The position numbers and the translations under genes are program-made. Below the pieces are notes generated by a model. The model searched no databases. It saw only the letters and a list, made by a program, of their open reading frames with translations, and had not been told where the DNA came from. Positions 19,128 through 29,381 of a stretch of DNA of 64,000 nucleotides are shown here, in pieces (within the stretch, counting starts at the first letter, position 1; the number at the start of each line of letters is the position of its first letter). Origin of the DNA: an uncultured Trueperaceae bacterium (GTDB lineage: Bacteria > Deinococcota > Deinococci > Deinococcales > Trueperaceae); NCBI GenBank assembly GCA_963799485.1, contig CAWCXJ010000008.1:160001-224000 (forward strand). The letters run 5' to 3'.

Positions 19128-21413
19128 CTAATCAGCCGCCGCCGCAGGCTCGAGTTCCGCCGCTTCCGGTACGGGAACGTGCGCGGCGTCTAGGCGCAGC
19201 TCGAGCAGTGACAGCAAAAAGGCCAGCGTCGATTCGGCTCCCTGATTCTGGTTTACGCGGTCGGGGTGAAGGCCGTCGCGGCAACCGCCCGTGCGCGGGT
19301 CGTAAAGCGGTAAACCGAGGTCGTTTTCGCCTAAAAACCACTCGAACGCGCGGGTCGCTTCGTCCAGGTAGCGCGCCCTGCCCGTAACCCGGTACGCTGC
19401 CAGGCACGCCGAAACGTGTGCGTGCGCCTCGACGGGTTGCTGGTCGAACCTTGCCCGGACGCCGCCCTGTGGGTAAAAGCCGTTACTACCGATGAACGTC
19501 AGGTGGTCGCCGCAGGTTTGTTCCTGAATAAGCCACTCGAGCGCACAAAGCCCTATTTCAATCAAGTCGGGTCGGCCCAGGCTGTTGCCGGTGGCAATCA
19601 GGGCGTGTGGCAGTTTGGCGTTGCAGTAGCTTAAAACCGGCTCGAACCAGGGCCAATCCGGGGAGCTGTGGGTCTGGTAAAGTCCGGCGAGTTTGTCAGC
19701 TAGTACACGCTGCACGCTTCCCGCCGAACGGTCGCCGCCGAAACGCCCCAGGTAATCGTTTAGGCCGAGCAGCGTAAACGCCCACGCTCTGGGGCTGGTA
19801 AAGCTCAGCGTTTCAGGGAGTGCTGCCTCGAACAGGTAGCCCGCCAGCCCCCGCAGGTTTTCGTCTTGTGAACGCCCCAAAACCGTCCCGAGCGCCCAAA
19901 GCGCGCGCCCGTGGGCATCTTCGGAACCGACGTCTTCGAGCCAGCGGCGCTCGAAGGTTAGAAAGTTGCGAAAGCGCCCCCGTTCGGAATTAAACGCGTA
20001 GTTGAGAAACGCCAGGTAACGCGCCGAAAACCCCTTGGCTTCGGCCACGTTGCCGTAAGCCTCGAGCCTTACCCCCGCGATCAGCGCCCGCGCGTTGTCG
20101 TCGGTGGTGTAGCCCTCGTGGTAGTTGGGAACACTGTAAAGCGCGTGCTGCACGACGCCGGTGTCGTCGCTAAGGGCTCTGAGGTGCCGCAGCTCGAGCG
20201 GCGGAAACTCGGTCGGCCTGGCACCTAACGGTTTGGGCAGCGCGGCCCGCGCCGAGTTGGCGTGCGCGCGAGCCTGTCCGAACGCTCCTTCGTAACGTGC
20301 GGCGACGGCGCTCCAGGTCATCGCGCGCCCACGCAAATAGGCGCGTTTTCGCATGGCGTTGCGCCCGGCGGCGTCCCCGAGAACTTGCCGGACGTTTTCT
20401 GCCAGCGCCGCAGGGTCGGCAAATGGCGTCAAGACCCCGCAACCGTCGGCGAGCAGCTCTTCGGCGTACCAGTACGGCGTCGAGACGATGGCCTTACCTG
20501 CGCCGAGGGCGTAGGCGAGCGTACCCGAGGTAATCTGTTCACGGTTCGTGTAGGGCGTCAGGTAGATGTCGGCGGCGCTGATAAAGGTCAAAAGCTCGCC
20601 GAGTTCGACAAAGCGGTCGTAAAAGACGACGTTTTGTTCGACGCCCAAAGACCGGGCGAGGCGCTGGAGCGACAACCGGTAGCTTTCGCCTTCGGTACGC
20701 AGGAGGTGCGGGTGCGTCGCGCCGAGGATGATGTAGACGAGTTCCGGGTACCTAGCCGTAATCTCAGGAAGCGCGCGGATGGCGTGCTCGAGACCCTTGT
20801 TCGGCGAGAGTAGCCCGAAGGTCAGTAAAACCGTTTTACCCTCGACCCCGAAGGTGTCTTTGTAAAAGCTGGGGTCGGAAAACGGTACGTCGGGAATCCC
20901 GTGCGGAATCAGCTCGATCTGTTCGCGGGCTACGCCGTAAACCGTTTCTAGAAACCGCTGCCCGAGCGCGCTCATCACGACCAAACGCTCGGAATGCCTG
21001 ATGAGGCCGTCCATCACGGCGCGTTGGGCTTCGTTGGGATGCTGCAGAACCGTGTGCAGCGTCGTCACGACGGGCGCTTTAAGCTCACGTAAAAGGGCCA
21101 GCAAGTGACCTCCGGCAGGCCCGCCGAAGATACCGAACTCGTGTTGCACGCTTACCACATCGACGTTTTGCAAGTTCAAAAAGTCGGCGGTGCGAGCGTA
21201 GTCGGCGAGGTCGGTTTGCGCCAGCTCGAAACGCACCTGTTCAGGGTAGCTGTAGCCCTCGGCGGTGTCGTTCATGGCGACGGCAAAAACCGCACCGTCC
21301 GGGTCGCGAGCCGAGAGCGCGTTGACGAGGTCGGCGGTGAACGTGGCAATACCGCACCGCCGTGGTGGAAAGTTACCGATGACAGCAACCTTACCGGGTT
21401 GGCTATAGTTCAT
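19128..21413 (-). CDS. GT4 glycosyltransferase fused to a C-terminal six-hairpin glycosidase-like domain
   Basis: PPRRCGIATFT, QHEFGIFGG, SGTLAYA; C-terminal GYTTDDNARAL, FDQQPVEA, NQNQGAESTLA. Confidence 0.9.
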   Translation of the reverse strand: MNYSQPGKVAVIGNFPPRRCGIATFTADLVNALSARDPDGAVFAVAMNDTAEGYSYPEQVRFELAQTDLADYARTADFLNLQNVDVVSVQHEFGIFGGPAGGHLLALLRELKAPVVTTLHTVLQHPNEAQRAVMDGLIRHSERLVVMSALGQRFLETVYGVAREQIELIPHGIPDVPFSDPSFYKDTFGVEGKTVLLTFGLLSPNKGLEHAIRALPEITARYPELVYIILGATHPHLLRTEGESYRLSLQRLARSLGVEQNVVFYDRFVELGELLTFISAADIYLTPYTNREQITSGTLAYALGAGKAIVSTPYWYAEELLADGCGVLTPFADPAALAENVRQVLGDAAGRNAMRKRAYLRGRAMTWSAVAARYEGAFGQARAHANSARAALPKPLGARPTEFPPLELRHLRALSDDTGVVQHALYSVPNYHEGYTTDDNARALIAGVRLEAYGNVAEAKGFSARYLAFLNYAFNSERGRFRNFLTFERRWLEDVGSEDAHGRALWALGTVLGRSQDENLRGLAGYLFEAALPETLSFTSPRAWAFTLLGLNDYLGRFGGDRSAGSVQRVLADKLAGLYQTHSSPDWPWFEPVLSYCNAKLPHALIATGNSLGRPDLIEIGLCALEWLIQEQTCGDHLTFIGSNGFYPQGGVRARFDQQPVEAHAHVSACLAAYRVTGRARYLDEATRAFEWFLGENDLGLPLYDPRTGGCRDGLHPDRVNQNQGAESTLAFLLSLLELRLDAAHVPVPEAAELEPAAAAD

Positions 21414-21617
21414 GATGTCCCCCTGGCCGTGCGCTGCAGCAGTTTGGTTTTCAAATCGAGTGGACGTGTCCCTAAACGGTCTAGCCTAGACGCTTCCCGC
21501 CGCAAGCGACTACCCCTACAAGTCTACAAAACTTCAACCTGAGAAATAAGTTACGCCGCTACGGTCGGCTACCCGGTACCTGTCCTGTCGAACTGTGCCC
21601 CGCTAACGCAGCTGCAG

Positions 21618-22574
21618 CTAAGGACCCGTCTCGTCGAGTTCGCTGGGCCAGCTGCCGCCGAGCGCGAGCCACGCAGCTACCATGTCGGCGGGAACTTGCG
21701 CGGTAAAGGTGATGGCTTCGTGGTCTCCGGGGTGCGGCAAGCTCAGGCGCAGGGCGTGCAGGGCTTGGCGGGAGATGAGGCTCGAGCCCTTGCCGTAAAG
21801 TTTATCGCCTAAAACCGGCGCGCCCAGATGCGCTAAATGAACCCGTATCTGGTGCGTCCGGCCCGTGTGCGGTTTGGCGCGAACAAGCAGGTGCTGTACA
21901 CCGTTGGGTTGCCTTGTACGAGCCAAAACGCGAAAATACGTCGAGGCGCTCCTCGGATTGCCGCCGCCGACGGTCATCTTGCGCCCGTGCTGGGGGTGCC
22001 GCCCGACGGGGCCGTCCATATAGAGATCATCGTCTAGGTTGCCGACCGCAATCGCGATGTATTCTTTTTCGGTCAGGCGCTTTTTGAACGCCGCCGAAAG
22101 TTCGCGGTGCGCCCCCAAGGTCTTGGCAATGACCATCACGCCCGAGGTGTCTTTATCCAGCCGGTGGACGATACCGGGGCGGTAGTCGCCTTCTTCGGGA
22201 TCGAACGATTTTTCTTTGGCGAGCGTCATCTTGGCGAGGAGCGCGTTCACGACCGTACCGCTCCTGACCGACGCGGTAGGGTGCGCGGTCATCCCGGGAG
22301 GTTTGTTGACCGCCGCGAGCTCGTCGTCTTCGTAAATCAGGTCGAGCGCCAGGTCTTCAGGTTCGACGCGCCCCGGTTTGGGTAGCGGGAGCTGCACCGA
22401 CACGAGTTCGGTGCCGGAAAGCTTCAAGGACGCTTTGGCGACCGGGCGACCGTCGAGCTGTACAAAACCGCCTACGACCAGCTCTTTGGCGTAGGTACGT
22501 GATAAACCGACCGCCACCGACACCGCGACGTCGAGGCGTTCGCCCGCCGGTGCCTCGAAAACCTTGATATCCAC
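21618..22574 (-). CDS. rluD: RluA/RluD-family 23S rRNA pseudouridine synthase
   Basis: S4 domain, NKPPG, HRLDKDTSG, TGRTHQIRVH, QALHA. Confidence 0.92.
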   Translation of the reverse strand: MDIKVFEAPAGERLDVAVSVAVGLSRTYAKELVVGGFVQLDGRPVAKASLKLSGTELVSVQLPLPKPGRVEPEDLALDLIYEDDELAAVNKPPGMTAHPTASVRSGTVVNALLAKMTLAKEKSFDPEEGDYRPGIVHRLDKDTSGVMVIAKTLGAHRELSAAFKKRLTEKEYIAIAVGNLDDDLYMDGPVGRHPQHGRKMTVGGGNPRSASTYFRVLARTRQPNGVQHLLVRAKPHTGRTHQIRVHLAHLGAPVLGDKLYGKGSSLISRQALHALRLSLPHPGDHEAITFTAQVPADMVAAWLALGGSWPSELDETGP

Positions 22575-22715
22575 ACATCAGCTTACCGTAGCTTACCGCG
22601 CCTGCTCAGTGGTGCGCCGCAGCTGTAATCCGTCATAAGGGCGATTTATACTGGCTGCTATGTCCAGTTCAGGTTTGGCTTTGATAAGTTCGATTACTCT
22701 AGGGAATACACAGCG

Positions 22716-23747
22716 ATGAAAGCGGAAATCAAACCCATCGCCCTCGACGCAGCGGGCGGCGACGCCATGCCGCAAGCCGCTGTCGGCGGGGCCAAGGCTG
22801 CCGCTGCTGCCGGTATCCCGGTTGTTTTGGTCGGTGACGAGACCGTGCTCCGCGCTGAACTTGAAAAACAAGGAGCCGATTTGCCTGTCCATCACGCTTC
22901 GGATGTGATCCGCATGGAAGACCACGCCGCCGATGTGCGCCGCCGCAGGGACTCGTCGGTGATGCAGGCGGTGCGGCTCGTCAAAGAAGGTCACGCGTCG
23001 GCGTGCGTGTCGGTCGGGCATTCAGGCGCGACGATGGCGGCGGCGCTCTTTGTGTTGGGGCGGCTCAGGGGGCTCGAGCGCCCGGCCATTTTAGCCAACA
23101 TCCCGACCGACCGGGGTTTTACGGCGCTCTTAGACGCCGGGGCCAACGCCGACTGCCGCCCGGCGCATCTGCAGCAGTTTGCGGTGATGGGCAGCGTGTA
23201 CGCGCGGGCGTTTTACGGGCTCGAGTCCCCCAGCGTCGGCCTGATTTCTCTGGGCGAAGAACCCGAAAAAGGCAACGAACTGACCCGCGAGGCGCACGGG
23301 CTCCTCCGCAATACTCCCGGCGTCAACTTTTACGGCAACGTCGAAGGGCGCGACCTCTTGAAAGGCACGACCGATGTGGTGGTCGCCGACGGCTTTACCG
23401 GCAACGTGATGCTCAAGCTCGCCGAGGGGGAGGCGAAAGTCATCTTCGGCTGGGTACGTGAGGCACTTTCCGGTGGCGGACTCCTGACCAAACTCGGGGC
23501 GGCCTTGGTGCGTCCGGCGCTGCGCGGCATCGCAGCGCGGCTCGACCCGAGCGAGTACGGCGCGCAGCCCCTTCTGGGCGTGAACGGTTACGCCTTTATC
23601 GGTCACGGTTCGTCGGACGCTCGAGCGGTTGAAAACGCGCTCCGCACGGCGCAGCGCGCCGTGGACGCCGAACTCGTCGCCAAACTCGTTGCGGGGATGG
23701 CGGCGCTTACGTCTGAATCTGCACCGCTTCCTACTGCCAAGGTTTGA
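22716..23747 (+). CDS. plsX: Phosphate acyltransferase PlsX
   Basis: IALDAAGGD, LDAGANAD, GEEPEKG, DGFTGNVMLK, HGSS. Confidence 0.96.
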   Translation: MKAEIKPIALDAAGGDAMPQAAVGGAKAAAAAGIPVVLVGDETVLRAELEKQGADLPVHHASDVIRMEDHAADVRRRRDSSVMQAVRLVKEGHASACVSVGHSGATMAAALFVLGRLRGLERPAILANIPTDRGFTALLDAGANADCRPAHLQQFAVMGSVYARAFYGLESPSVGLISLGEEPEKGNELTREAHGLLRNTPGVNFYGNVEGRDLLKGTTDVVVADGFTGNVMLKLAEGEAKVIFGWVREALSGGGLLTKLGAALVRPALRGIAARLDPSEYGAQPLLGVNGYAFIGHGSSDARAVENALRTAQRAVDAELVAKLVAGMAALTSESAPLPTAKV

Positions 23748-25066
23748 ACGTGACCAATCTGCTTAGTCCGCTCGAGTCCGCGCAAAACGCTCAGACGGCA
23801 AGTGGTGGAGCCGCTACCACCGAAGTCCCGGAAATCCCCCTTTTAGACGGGCAGTGGATCGCCGAATTTGAAGACACGAGCTGGCTTGCTGAAATCGGCA
23901 GGGCGGCGCAGAATACCCCTTTCGACTTTTTCGGCGGTGTGTTTCTCGATGCGGCGTTGGGGTTTTTGCTCTTCGGGGTGTTGTGGTTTTTAGTCGAGCG
24001 CTGGGCGCAAGATACCAAAGCGGGAATTGCCCGGCGCGAACTCTGGGAAGACGAGCAAAAAAAGGGAGAACTCAAGCGTACCACCCTCTTGCGGCGCTAC
24101 TTCATCTCGTTTTCGGTCTTTTTCGGACTTGCCCTGACACTCGGACTTTTTTCGCTGCGCTACCGCGTCCCGGTACTTCAGTCTTTGGCCCTGAGCGTGC
24201 AGGGGTGGTTGCTAAACGGCGGCCTGAGCCGCATCATCGCGGTCGGCGTGGTCGGCCTGGTCGTCTACTTGCTGCTCCGCGTGGTACGCAAAACCGCGCG
24301 CGCGCTTACGCCGGTTTCCGGTCAGCGCTTTGAACGCCAGGTCGCCCGCGCCGCTACCATCCGCAACGTCATCGAATCGACGGCGCGGCTTGTGCTCATC
24401 ACCTTTCTCGTGTTGTTCGTCCTTGCCCAAATCGGCCTTAACGTCTCGACGCTCTTGGCCGGGGTCGGGATTTTGGGTCTGGCCATTTCGTTCGGCGCGC
24501 AGTCCTTGGTCAAGGACGTCATTACCGGGTTTTTTATCCTGGCTGAAGACCAGTTCGGCGTCGGCGATGTGGTGACGATTGCCGGGTTGTCCGGCGCGGT
24601 CGAAAGCCTGAACCTGCGGATTACCACCCTGCGCGCCCTCGACGGCTCGGTTCATGTGATTCCCAACGGACAGATCGACAAGGTAACGGTCGCCTCGAAA
24701 GAGTGGTCGCGGAGCATCGTCGATCTGGAGGTCTCGTACCGCGCCGACCTCGACGTTGCCCTCTCTGTTATCAGCGACGAGGCCGTAAAATTTGCCGCTG
24801 CGCTCGGCTGGAGCTGGCGGATTACCGCGCCGCCGGAGGTCACGGGCGTCGAGGCGTTCGGGCCGTCGGGTATTCTTATCCGCGTGATGTTCAAGACGCT
24901 GCCCAAAGAGCAGTGGGGTGTCGGACGCGAGTTCCGCCGCCGCATTAAACTCCGGCTCGACGCCGAAGGGATCGATATTCCTTTTCCGCATACGACGCTC
25001 TATTGGGGTGAGCAGCAAAATCCGGCGCTCGGCGGGCTGCCCGAAGCCGACGAAGATACGCGTTAG
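23744..25066 (+). CDS. Small-conductance mechanosensitive channel (MscS/YbiO-like)
   Basis: GLAISFGAQSLVKDVITGFFILAEDQFGVGD, IPNG, IDIPFP. Confidence 0.92.
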   Translation: MNVTNLLSPLESAQNAQTASGGAATTEVPEIPLLDGQWIAEFEDTSWLAEIGRAAQNTPFDFFGGVFLDAALGFLLFGVLWFLVERWAQDTKAGIARRELWEDEQKKGELKRTTLLRRYFISFSVFFGLALTLGLFSLRYRVPVLQSLALSVQGWLLNGGLSRIIAVGVVGLVVYLLLRVVRKTARALTPVSGQRFERQVARAATIRNVIESTARLVLITFLVLFVLAQIGLNVSTLLAGVGILGLAISFGAQSLVKDVITGFFILAEDQFGVGDVVTIAGLSGAVESLNLRITTLRALDGSVHVIPNGQIDKVTVASKEWSRSIVDLEVSYRADLDVALSVISDEAVKFAAALGWSWRITAPPEVTGVEAFGPSGILIRVMFKTLPKEQWGVGREFRRRIKLRLDAEGIDIPFPHTTLYWGEQQNPALGGLPEADEDTR

Positions 25067-26304
25067 GGCGTCGCTGCTTGTGGTGCCGACTGCGCCCAGG
25101 TGATAAAACTCGGGGCGGTCAGTTGTGACACGGTTATCGGGATCGGATCGGGCAAAGGGTCGCCCATGTCGTAAGCGCTGAGGTCGAAAAGGGCCACCTG
25201 CTGATTTGCAACGAAGTAGATGAAATTTCGCGTAGCTTGGATGACGGCGTTTACGGCAACGACGCGGGCGCTCTCCTGGTCGAAAGTGTCGCTTTCGGAA
25301 GGGGGCGGCACGTAGGTCACCACGCCCGCCCTGGGCACGCTGAGGACAAAGGTGGCTTCGGTACTGCGCGCGTCGTTGGGGATGACGCTGGCGTTGTCCC
25401 CGGCGGTATCTACGAGCGGGCCGACTTGCGCGGTGCCGCCGACGCCGAAGCCCAAAACGTTGCGGAGGCTGTTACGAAACAAAAACACGAGCCGCTCTTC
25501 GGTAGCGGCCCCGGCGCGCCCGAGGTCAACGGCGTCGTTTTGCCCCGCCGGAACCGGAACGGCGACGACCGGCACGCTGTCAACGATATCGTCCGGGCCG
25601 AACAGCTGACCGGGCTGGGGGAGGGTGGCCCGCTGCAGTTGCAAACTCCCGGCTTCGGGGGTGGCGTAGTAGAGCAGGTCTTGGACGACGTTTTGGCTTA
25701 GGTAAAGGCCGCCCCCGGACACCCCGCCAAGCCGCGCCAAGAGCCGTTCACCCTGCAAATCCAGAATGTCGATAAAAGGCGGCAGCGGCAGCCCGCAAAG
25801 GCTCGGTACGTTCAAGACGGCGGCGTAATCGCCCCCTTGCGTGACCTGAAGGCGGTTGGGGCAAAAGATGAGTGTCTGGTTTTGCAGCGAAGTCGGTACC
25901 GGTATAAAGTCGCTAATCGTCTGTACGTCGCCCTGCTGCGCGAAGGCTACCGGGTTTGCCGGGTCGATGCCCGTCAGCGAAAAGGTCGTCAGGTAGCCCG
26001 GCGCGCCGGTTACCCCGTTCGTCAGACTCCGCGACAATACGACGAGAGAACCCCGCGCGCGTTCGCGGTCTACCACGTCGTAGTCTACGCTGGGAGCCGG
26101 CAAAGGCCGGACGCTGGCGGGCAAAAAAGCCAGCCGCTCAAGGCTGAGTGTGAGATTATCCCGAATCAGCGCGACCCTGGGCCCGGCTGCGGTTTGGTAG
26201 CCGGTGACGAGCAAGACAGGGTCTGGGGACTCGAACGTGCCGGTGCAGGCGGTAAGTAGTAGGAGCGTAGCAATCCCCGTAAAGCCTAATTTTTTGAAAT
26301 TCAT
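25063..26304 (-). CDS. Beta-rich lipoprotein of unknown function, last gene of the lpt-like operon
   Basis: MNFKKLGFTGIATLLLLTAC lipobox; ATGA overlap with the upstream gene. Confidence 0.8.
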   Translation of the reverse strand: MNFKKLGFTGIATLLLLTACTGTFESPDPVLLVTGYQTAAGPRVALIRDNLTLSLERLAFLPASVRPLPAPSVDYDVVDRERARGSLVVLSRSLTNGVTGAPGYLTTFSLTGIDPANPVAFAQQGDVQTISDFIPVPTSLQNQTLIFCPNRLQVTQGGDYAAVLNVPSLCGLPLPPFIDILDLQGERLLARLGGVSGGGLYLSQNVVQDLLYYATPEAGSLQLQRATLPQPGQLFGPDDIVDSVPVVAVPVPAGQNDAVDLGRAGAATEERLVFLFRNSLRNVLGFGVGGTAQVGPLVDTAGDNASVIPNDARSTEATFVLSVPRAGVVTYVPPPSESDTFDQESARVVAVNAVIQATRNFIYFVANQQVALFDLSAYDMGDPLPDPIPITVSQLTAPSFITWAQSAPQAATP

Positions 26305-29300
26305 GGTTCCTCCCGGCGTGGCAGGATAAAGGGTGTGTTTAGCGGTGCGGTCAGTCCCTGGTTGCTGCCGGGATAGCCGAGTGTCAGACTGATAACGCCG
26401 TTTGCGGTGTTGTAGGCCCCGTAAAGCGCCCAGCAGCAGCGGTCGAGGGTAAGGTAGATGATAGGTTGAAAGTTGTACGGTGTGGTGAAACTTCCTGGAC
26501 TGATGAAGTCCCAGGTATCGTTGAAAATGACCGAGGCGTAAAGGTCGTTCAAGACGCGCACGGTCGGGCCGAAGTCGGTAAACTGCAGCCTTTGGGTGGT
26601 GAGTGCGAATGCGCCGGCCTGCGCGGTATATTCGAGTGTCCCCTGAAGCCCCACCCGTGAAAAGAAATCGGTGGTGAGCTGCGCCGAGGCGTTACTCAGG
26701 TAGGTCAAGGGCTGCGCGCCGTCGGCAATTTCGAGCGTCGCATTGGCGTTTATACCGAAGCCGAGCGGCCCCAGCGGGGTACCGAAAAAGGTCGGCTCGA
26801 GGTTGACACGTCCGGTCAGGCTGGTATCGCTAAACCCCGGATTAGCGACCTCGCCGAAGCCCAGCGGCCCGTAGGTCGTCACGTAGATTAGCTCGTAGAG
26901 TTTGGTATTGCCCTCGCGAGTTTGGTCGAGCAGGCTGAGTTGGTACGTCACCGGGTCTTCCGGGTCTAGCTCGAGGCCGATAACTTCAGGCGGGAGCGGC
27001 GTAAAGCCCGAGGCGCTCAGCTGCACGACGTTAGGATACGTAACCGAGAAAAGCGTGTCGCTGGCGTCCCGGATGTCGAAGTCGAAACTCTGCGCGGCGC
27101 TCAGCTCGAGCGGCCCGAGCCGCCCCCTCAGGTCGTAACTTACCGCGTTCATCCGGTTGATGTTCAGGTCGCGGTCGAAACTCAGGGTCAGGCTGGGCAC
27201 GGTGTCTGCTTGGCTTTCGGTCCCGGCGGTGAGGCTCACAGTAAGCGGTTTGTACAGCGCTACCCCTTTGGTTTCGGTGCCGGGTAGGAGCGTGCTGCCG
27301 TCGTAGTAGCCGCCGTTGAAATTGCCGCCGTAAAAGTCGCTGTAGTCGCCGCCGAAGGTAGCGCTGTAGGGACGACCGTTAAAATCGTACCCGACGTTTA
27401 CGCCCAGCGTCGCGTAGGCTGTGTAGCCAAAACGCGCCTCGAGGTCGATTTCGGATTCGTTGATGGTTGCGCCCGTGCCGGTAATCGGGTTGGTCGTTTG
27501 GTTGAGGTCGTACACCCCGCTCAGCTGCAGGCTACTCGTCCAGACCGGGTTCGGTGAGGTAAAACCGACGGTCGCGCCGAGGAGCCCGAGGTCGTTTTTT
27601 TCGATATTGTAGGCCTCCTCGAGCGTGACGCTCAGCCAGTCGAGGTTGTTAAACAGCTCGGCGCGGGTCTCGAGCGGCCCGGCCTCCTGTCCATTTGACC
27701 CCACCGTGCCGAAGTCATAGTTGCGGTCGTCTTGAAACACATAGGTCTCGCTGACGCTGAGGTCGAGCCAGGGCGCGGGGGAGAGCGCCAGCTCGCCGCT
27801 CAGCGCGGTGCGGCTGTTCGGCGTGGTGCGGGCGTCGAAGGCGAAGGGCGACTCGCCCTCCAAAATGACGCGGCTGAAATCGAGCCCGAAACTGCCGCCC
27901 GTAAACGTCTGGTCGGCGCTCAGGGTGGTCGTCCAGTCCACCAGGCGCTCGAATTCACCGTTTGGATTCGTGGTGGTGTAAAGCTGCCCGGTGTAGGAGG
28001 TGCTGCCGGCGATGCTCGAGCCCGGAAACGGTGAGAGGGTCTCGAGGGTGATGGTATGCCGCTCCAGGAGCCGCCCACCCCGGATGATGAGGTTGCCGTT
28101 GCCCAGGGTCAAGGTGGACTTCTGCGCGCTGGGGTTGCTGGGGTTCGTGTAATCTTCGTATACGCCCGCTGTGACCAAAAAGTTCGAGAGCGTAAACGGC
28201 CCGACGCTAAAACTCAGGTCGTCTTGCGGGCTGAGCGTAACTTGTGCGTAGGTGCGGAGCGCCCCTTCGGGGTCATCGTAACTCGGTGAAAACGAGGCGT
28301 CGCCCAGGTCGAGGTCGAAATACGTCTGTGTGACGTAGCCGAAATCGAACCCGCCGTAAGAATCGCTTACCCGCGCTGTGAGGTTGATGATACGCGGGTT
28401 GGCCCCGTCGTCGCGCGCTAGCAGCAGGTTGGTCTGCAGCCCGGCGAGCGCCTCCTCGGTCGCGTAGCCAAAGCTGTAGGTATACTCTGCCGGCGTCCTT
28501 TCGGATCCGGCGTAGGCGGAACCCGGTAAGAAGGGCGGCGTGTAAAAGAACTGCGCCGTGCCGCGCCCCCGCTCGGTGTAAAAGCGGTGGTCGAAGCCGC
28601 CGCCGAAATAGCTTTCGGTGACCGCACCGCCCAAAATCGTTTCCGCCGGGCCGCTACTCAGCCCCGGGGTCACGTCGGCGTAGTAGCGTAGCGAGGTCAT
28701 TCCAAAGGCGCTTGCACCGAAGACGTAAGGCCAGTCGAGGGCGACCTCGGCGCGCTCCGCCAGACTGCCCCGCGTCAGATTAAAACGCGGACGGCGGTCT
28801 TCCGGGCCGAGCGGGACGACCAGTAGCGGCAGAAAAAAGCTCGGTAAATCGCGCAAATACACCGTTACGTTGAACGCGACCAAACGGTCGCCGGGATAAA
28901 AGTTCATCCGTTCGGCGCTGAAGCGGTAATCTTGCACCTTGCTCTGGCAGCGGTTACAGGGGCCGAACTGCGCTGAACTGATATCGATCTGTCCGGGTTG
29001 CCGGGTTGCCGAAACGCCTTCGATGTCGAGCGGTTCAGTAAAGATGAACACGTCTTGAAACCCGAGTTCGCCGCTGCCCAGGTCGAGGATATAGTCCTCG
29101 CCTGTAGTCGTTACGTTGTCGTAGGAGACGTTGCCCGGCCCGACGATCCGTAAAATCCGGCTTTTACGGTCGAATTCGACGTATTCGGCGATGATAGTGT
29201 CGCCGTCGACCGTAAGCCTGACTGGAGAACCCGTAATCACGATTAGTTCGGTGGTGTCGCCGCCGGGTAGGGTGATGGGGCGGCGCTCGAGGCGGTCGGC

Positions 29301-29381
29301 AGACAGGACTTTAACTTCAACCGCTTGTGACACGCCGATCAGGGCCAGCAGCAGGGCGAACAGTAGCGTGCGCCCGCTCAT
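26301..29381 (-). CDS. LptD/OstA-like outer-membrane beta-barrel protein
   Basis: Signal peptide, OstA-like beta-jellyroll N-terminus, PCNRC and LDRCCW cysteines, long beta-strand-rich body; follows two LptF/G genes; ATG overlaps the upstream TGA. Confidence 0.75.
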   Translation of the reverse strand: MSGRTLLFALLLALIGVSQAVEVKVLSADRLERRPITLPGGDTTELIVITGSPVRLTVDGDTIIAEYVEFDRKSRILRIVGPGNVSYDNVTTTGEDYILDLGSGELGFQDVFIFTEPLDIEGVSATRQPGQIDISSAQFGPCNRCQSKVQDYRFSAERMNFYPGDRLVAFNVTVYLRDLPSFFLPLLVVPLGPEDRRPRFNLTRGSLAERAEVALDWPYVFGASAFGMTSLRYYADVTPGLSSGPAETILGGAVTESYFGGGFDHRFYTERGRGTAQFFYTPPFLPGSAYAGSERTPAEYTYSFGYATEEALAGLQTNLLLARDDGANPRIINLTARVSDSYGGFDFGYVTQTYFDLDLGDASFSPSYDDPEGALRTYAQVTLSPQDDLSFSVGPFTLSNFLVTAGVYEDYTNPSNPSAQKSTLTLGNGNLIIRGGRLLERHTITLETLSPFPGSSIAGSTSYTGQLYTTTNPNGEFERLVDWTTTLSADQTFTGGSFGLDFSRVILEGESPFAFDARTTPNSRTALSGELALSPAPWLDLSVSETYVFQDDRNYDFGTVGSNGQEAGPLETRAELFNNLDWLSVTLEEAYNIEKNDLGLLGATVGFTSPNPVWTSSLQLSGVYDLNQTTNPITGTGATINESEIDLEARFGYTAYATLGVNVGYDFNGRPYSATFGGDYSDFYGGNFNGGYYDGSTLLPGTETKGVALYKPLTVSLTAGTESQADTVPSLTLSFDRDLNINRMNAVSYDLRGRLGPLELSAAQSFDFDIRDASDTLFSVTYPNVVQLSASGFTPLPPEVIGLELDPEDPVTYQLSLLDQTREGNTKLYELIYVTTYGPLGFGEVANPGFSDTSLTGRVNLEPTFFGTPLGPLGFGINANATLEIADGAQPLTYLSNASAQLTTDFFSRVGLQGTLEYTAQAGAFALTTQRLQFTDFGPTVRVLNDLYASVIFNDTWDFISPGSFTTPYNFQPIIYLTLDRCCWALYGAYNTANGVISLTLGYPGSNQGLTAPLNTPFILPRREEP

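Noticed and set aside
24212..25018. Long antisense ORFs (for example 24212-25018, 62012-62830, 43916-44539, 11311-11922)
   Set aside because: Expected stop-poor shadows of GC-rich genes on the opposite strand.
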